Shown here piece by piece: positions 59,569-64,000 of a DNA stretch of 64,000 nt. A model generated the notes under the pieces. That model saw only the letters and a list, made by a program, of their open reading frames with translations, did no database searches and was not told where the DNA came from. The stretch is from Promethearchaeia archaeon. Lineage in GTDB: Archaea > Asgardarchaeota > Lokiarchaeia > Sigyniarchaeales > SOKP01. Both the position numbers and the translations under genes were made by a program. Each line of letters begins with the position of its first letter. Position 1 is the stretch's first letter. The stretch spans positions 32,001-96,000 of the forward strand of contig JAHQWH010000189.1 in the NCBI GenBank assembly GCA_029856105.1. Direction: 5' to 3'.

Positions 59569-61356
59569 CTAATCAATTTTTTTAAAATCTAATGTAAAGA
59601 AGTTTAACGTGTCTAATTCAACAATGGGTACTATTCCTGGAGTAGGTATTATTCCAAAACTTCTCATATAATCAGTTTGAGCTTGAAAGCATCCTGAATT
59701 AACCAAAGTCACATTCCTATATTTTCCAGTCCCGTTAATATGTACATGACCTGTATGAAAAATGTCGGGAATCTTATCTAATAAAAGCAGATCTTTGTTA
59801 ATAGGGGCCAATTGGGTTTTTTCTCCAAAGGTTGGCGCGAGATGTCTACAAATAAGAAATTCCTTCATGGTTTCAATGGGGTCGTTAATATCTAAATCGG
59901 GGATTAACATATTCATGTCATGCATACTCTCCCCATGATATATAAGAGTATTAACATTATGAGTTTTTATCAAAGAGGGGTTACCCAAACATTTTATTCC
60001 CAAATTAATTAAATCTTCACAATATTTTTTTGGTACCGCGGGTAGAGGTAATGCGTTTCTTACTGGTTCGTGGTTTCCAGACACATAAAAAATTTTAATG
60101 TAATCTGGAATTTCTGAAAGTAAATCTGAAGCTTTTTTAAACTGTTTATATATATCCGTTATAATCAAATCTTTTTGTTGGTTTGGATAAATTCCGATGC
60201 CATCAACTAAATCACCGTTAATAACGAGGTATTTTATTTTTCCCGCAATATCTCTTAAATTTTTATTATTACTTTTACCGTTTAAAAAATTTAGAAATTT
60301 TTTAAATAACCCTTCTTCAAATTCTTTACTACCAATATGAATATCCGAAATTAACGCGATAGATAAAGGATCTGGAGACATGTTTGGTTGAAAATTAGTC
60401 GGAATATCGATTTTTGAAATGGAATTGGCAAAAATAATCCCCCTTCTACCTTTTTCACCAGGATTAAAGGTTCCTTTGACAAACAACATCTGATCTTTGA
60501 TAGTTCTTTCAATAATTTTGATATAATCCAAGTTATCAGAGTTGTTTTGAATTAAAACACTAATTATGCCTGTTAAATCCTCCAAAGTTAATAAATAATT
60601 TCCCTTTTTTGTTATATAAATGTTATTTACTAAACCTATTGTAGAGATTTCAGCGCTATTCGACAACCTAAAAATATTGTTAATATTAGTCGCTGAATTT
60701 ACTTCTGGTCTTCTTCTAATAAGTTTTCGAAGTTGGTTAAATTTATCGAGCGTTAATTCGTAAAATTCATCGTACTTTCCATTCGTGTGCAATTTGCTCG
60801 TTGGATCTTTTAAAATTTCGAAAATGAAATCATAATCCTTTGCTACTGGTTTAAAAATAAAAGTTGATTTGGTAGATTCGTGTGTTTTGGTTTTAATTTT
60901 CTTCTTTGCGGGTATTTTTTCTAATTGAGTATATGTTGGAGTAGACTGAGTTCGATCTTCAGATTTCGAAGTTCTGATTTGGGTTTCAGAGGATATTGAT
61001 GTAACTTCGTTGTTAAACAATTTAGTAACTGGTTTGCTTGATGAATTGAGAACATCTTTTGTGTCTATGGATTTCACATCCATAGAGAGCGAATTAGATC
61101 TGGAAATTATTCGCTTTAATGCCCTTTGTATTTCTTCGTTTGAAATTTCTTTTAAGACGGTTTCTGTTAAATGATTTTTAAAAGTTGGGATGAAACTAGT
61201 TTCTTTAATAATAATATTTAAGTTTTTCATCGGATTCTCGAGATTTACTATCCAGTCTAACATTGTAGGAGTAATATTAATTCCTGAGTTTACCAACTTA
61301 TCTAAGATAACCCGTTTCTGCTCAGATTTTTCGTTTTTCAAATCCTTTTCTTCCAA
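59569..61356 (-). CDS. polB: DNA polymerase D small (exonuclease) subunit DP1
   Basis: OB fold (LEDLTG), SDIH.GS, GDLVDG.G.YP.Q, GNHE, YHG, RHLAP, HTGHVH. Confidence 0.95.
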   Translation of the reverse strand: MEEKDLKNEKSEQKRVILDKLVNSGINITPTMLDWIVNLENPMKNLNIIIKETSFIPTFKNHLTETVLKEISNEEIQRALKRIISRSNSLSMDVKSIDTKDVLNSSSKPVTKLFNNEVTSISSETQIRTSKSEDRTQSTPTYTQLEKIPAKKKIKTKTHESTKSTFIFKPVAKDYDFIFEILKDPTSKLHTNGKYDEFYELTLDKFNQLRKLIRRRPEVNSATNINNIFRLSNSAEISTIGLVNNIYITKKGNYLLTLEDLTGIISVLIQNNSDNLDYIKIIERTIKDQMLFVKGTFNPGEKGRRGIIFANSISKIDIPTNFQPNMSPDPLSIALISDIHIGSKEFEEGLFKKFLNFLNGKSNNKNLRDIAGKIKYLVINGDLVDGIGIYPNQQKDLIITDIYKQFKKASDLLSEIPDYIKIFYVSGNHEPVRNALPLPAVPKKYCEDLINLGIKCLGNPSLIKTHNVNTLIYHGESMHDMNMLIPDLDINDPIETMKEFLICRHLAPTFGEKTQLAPINKDLLLLDKIPDIFHTGHVHINGTGKYRNVTLVNSGCFQAQTDYMRSFGIIPTPGIVPIVELDTLNFFTLDFKKID

Positions 61357-61612
61357 AATAGAATTATTATAATTATAATGGGATTAAGTTAAAATGTTTG
61401 TTATTAAAGAAAAAACAAATTTTTTTTTAAATATTAGGGGCTGTATTAATTCTCATAACATCATTATAAATTGGAAATCTCTTCAAATTAAAATAACATA
61501 ATTCAATCAGCCTATTAATAAAATAATTTATTTTGAAAGTGAATATTTTGAATAATATATCCCTTTTTTCTGCATTGAGATTTTTATAGTAATTTTAAGG
61601 TGTATATATTTT

Positions 61613-64000
61613 ATGGTAGAAATGAGCAAGGAAATGGAAGCGTATTTTTCACAAATACAAAATGATGTAGATAAATGTTACGAGATCGCAGATAATGCTC
61701 GTCTAAAAGGATTGGATCCTGAAATTTTCGTAGAATCGCCCCAAGCTAAGGATTTGGCGGGAAGGGTTGAGAAGCTCGTAGGGCCAGAAGGTGTAGCTGA
61801 AGTAATAAGAAGTTTAAAAAAGCAAGGTAAAACTGACGATGAGATAGTGTTTCAAGTAGTTTCTGACATCCTTGACCAGAAAATAGTGAAGATTACATCA
61901 TTAGAGGCTAGGGTTGAGAGAGCCATTCGAGTTGGGCTCGCTATAAAAACGATGGGCGTCGTTAGTGCTCCACTTGAAGGAATTTCTAAAATTTTAATTC
62001 GAGAAGATCGCCAACATAACAAATATTTATCATTATATTTTTCTGGTCCTATTAGAGCCGCAGGAGGAACAACAGCTGCGTTATGTGTGTTAATCGCAGA
62101 TTATGTAAGAAAAAAATCAAATATTCCAAAGTATGAAGCGACTGAGGGGGAAATTGGGAGATATGTTGAAGAAGTCAAGTTGTATGATAGAAGAGTGCAT
62201 TTACAATATCCTTCCTCAAATGATGAAATACGATTTGCTGTAGATCATTTACCCGTGGAAATAAATGGAGATCCTACGGAAGATGAAGAGGTTTCTGCTT
62301 TTCGAAAATTGCCTAGAATAGAAACGAATAAAATACGGGGGGGTGCTTGTTTAGTTTTAAATGACGGGATACTTCTTAAGGCACCAAAACTCCTAAAAAT
62401 AGCAAAAAACATGAACTTAGAAGGTTGGGATTGGTTAGCAAAATTAAAAAAGATTTCTCAAAGGGATGAGAAAACAAGAAAGTTAGACATAAAAAATAAA
62501 GAAGAAAATTTCATAATTCCACCTAATTCAAAGTATGTTTCTGATATTATCGCTGGAAGAGCCGTATTTAGCCATCCTTCTAAAATTGGGGGGCATAGAA
62601 TTCGATATGGGAGATCTCGTAACACAGGGTTAGCTGCTGCTGGTTTACACCCCGCAACAATGGTTGTATTAGATAATTTTATAGCAATCGGAACGCAATT
62701 GAGAATTGAGAGACCGGGAAAAAGTGCCAGTATATGTCCTGTTAGTTCTATAGAACCCCCCATCGTGAAGCTTAAAAATGGAAACGTAATTAGGATTTCA
62801 AATGTAAAAATAGCAAAAGAAGCGTTTCCAAATATTGAAGAAATCTTGTTTTTAGGTGATATTCTCTTTGGCTTTGGTGAATTTGCTGAAAATAATCATA
62901 GATTGGTTCCATCTGGTTATGTAGAAGAATGGTGGGCGTTAGAGTTAGAGAATGCAATAGAAGTTGAAGGAAATTTTAATTCAGAGATATACGAGTTTGT
63001 AAAAAACCCTTTTAAAAAGATTCCCTCTGCCAAGGAAGCCTTAACTCTAGCAAAAAACTATAATATACCGTTGCATCCACTTTATACTGATTTTTGGGGA
63101 AATCTCTCAATAAGTGAGTTGCAAGTTCTAATGGAAGCTTTAATTAATGGATTTGATGAAGTCAATAAATCAATCGAATTAAAAAATGAAAAGGGATTGA
63201 AACAGATATTAGAAAAAGCATTTATTCTTCATACTATTAAAGAAAGTAACATCATTCTAAATAAGACTACAATTGAAGTTTTTAATACAATTTTCAATTT
63301 AGAAGATAAAAAAATCGTTGATATAGGTAAAGACGACGATGTTTTCTCCTATTTCTCTAAAATCTCTCCCATAATTATTAGAAATAAAGCCCCCTTTTTC
63401 ATGGGTACTCGTATGGGTCGACCCGAAAAGTCTGAAAGAAAAAGCATGAAAGGCGTCCATACGCTATTTCCTCTCAGCGATAAAGTTGGAAACACGAGGT
63501 TGGTCGAGAAAGCAATTGAAATTGGAAAAGTGAAAATTGACCTTTGTAGAAAAAAATGCCCCAATTGCGGAACAGTCACTCCCTTTAATCTTTGTCCTAA
63601 ATGTAGAACACATACAGAATTTCAGAAGATATGTCTCAACTGTAATAAAAAACTATTTCACAAAAACGAAGAAAAATGTCCTCAATGCGGTAGCGAATTA
63701 AAATTTTCTGCAGAAGCTGGTTTTAATATAAAAAATTATGTCAAATCTGTATTAAGTTCATTGAAAACAACATTACCAAATAAATTTAAGGGTATTTTTG
63801 GATTAACCAATAAATTTAAAGTTCCAGAACCCCTTGAAAAAGGAGTTCTTCGAGCTAAAAATGGTTTACTTGTGTATAAAACGGCTGAAATTCGCTACGA
63901 TGCTACTGATATTCCATTAACACATTTTAAACCAAAAGAAATAAAAATATCAATTAACCGGTTAAAAGAATTAGGATATAAAAAAGACTATAAAGGGAAA
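61613..64000 (+). CDS. polC: DNA polymerase D large subunit DP2 (partial, runs off window end)
   Basis: AR.KGLDP, GVVSAPLEGI, GPIRAAGGT, R.RYGRSRNTG, LRIERPGK, FAENNH.L.PSGY.EEWW, GTRMGRPEK, Zn-finger CxxC pairs, EPLEKG.LRA, RYDATD.PLTHF; absent from ORF track because no stop is reached. Confidence 0.97.
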   Translation, partial: MVEMSKEMEAYFSQIQNDVDKCYEIADNARLKGLDPEIFVESPQAKDLAGRVEKLVGPEGVAEVIRSLKKQGKTDDEIVFQVVSDILDQKIVKITSLEARVERAIRVGLAIKTMGVVSAPLEGISKILIREDRQHNKYLSLYFSGPIRAAGGTTAALCVLIADYVRKKSNIPKYEATEGEIGRYVEEVKLYDRRVHLQYPSSNDEIRFAVDHLPVEINGDPTEDEEVSAFRKLPRIETNKIRGGACLVLNDGILLKAPKLLKIAKNMNLEGWDWLAKLKKISQRDEKTRKLDIKNKEENFIIPPNSKYVSDIIAGRAVFSHPSKIGGHRIRYGRSRNTGLAAAGLHPATMVVLDNFIAIGTQLRIERPGKSASICPVSSIEPPIVKLKNGNVIRISNVKIAKEAFPNIEEILFLGDILFGFGEFAENNHRLVPSGYVEEWWALELENAIEVEGNFNSEIYEFVKNPFKKIPSAKEALTLAKNYNIPLHPLYTDFWGNLSISELQVLMEALINGFDEVNKSIELKNEKGLKQILEKAFILHTIKESNIILNKTTIEVFNTIFNLEDKKIVDIGKDDDVFSYFSKISPIIIRNKAPFFMGTRMGRPEKSERKSMKGVHTLFPLSDKVGNTRLVEKAIEIGKVKIDLCRKKCPNCGTVTPFNLCPKCRTHTEFQKICLNCNKKLFHKNEEKCPQCGSELKFSAEAGFNIKNYVKSVLSSLKTTLPNKFKGIFGLTNKFKVPEPLEKGVLRAKNGLLVYKTAEIRYDATDIPLTHFKPKEIKISINRLKELGYKKDYKGK

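Noticed and set aside
717-63579. Numerous 60-136 aa ORFs antisense to or overlapping well-supported genes
   Set aside because: Shadow ORFs with no motifs, lying opposite confidently assigned genes.
61613-64000. Intein or frameshift in DP2
   Set aside because: The frame is continuous through the visible portion; its absence from the ORF track is due to truncation at the window edge.

Overview
AT-rich archaeal chromosomal segment, most likely from an Asgard archaeon (Lokiarchaeia-like). This assignment is an inference from the gene set (PolD DP1/DP2, GatDE, Nop5/fibrillarin, CarS, archaeal MAT, Elf1) together with roadblock, longin, AN1-zinc-finger and proline-rich eukaryote-like proteins. Most of the window is housekeeping: purine/pyrimidine/NAD synthesis, translation, RNA modification and replication. 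The main discovery is two protein-coding genes, an alpha/beta hydrolase at 4988-5650 and transcription elongation factor Elf1 at 42014-42627, each interrupted inside its most conserved motif by a short insertion (33 nt and 32 nt). Each insertion folds with its flanks into a canonical bulge-helix-bulge (BHB) motif. Cutting at the standard tRNA-splicing-endonuclease positions restores the reading frame and the motif exactly (HPHPQYGGNM; FTCPNCGE). These are candidate enzymatically spliced mRNA introns, and the RtcB ligase and archease genes lie in the same window. Other notable items: an unannotated 50-aa WH2-like micro-protein, a poly-proline protein next to a BAR-like protein, a LITAF-like zinc-ribbon membrane protein, an eight-gene cluster with a catalytically degenerate SMC-like protein and an AAA ATPase, a glycyl-radical-enzyme remnant, two inverted DUF885-like paralogs with a shared promoter, and mini-ORB-like boxes upstream of cdc6. 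All family calls come from motif recognition by eye; no database searches were run.
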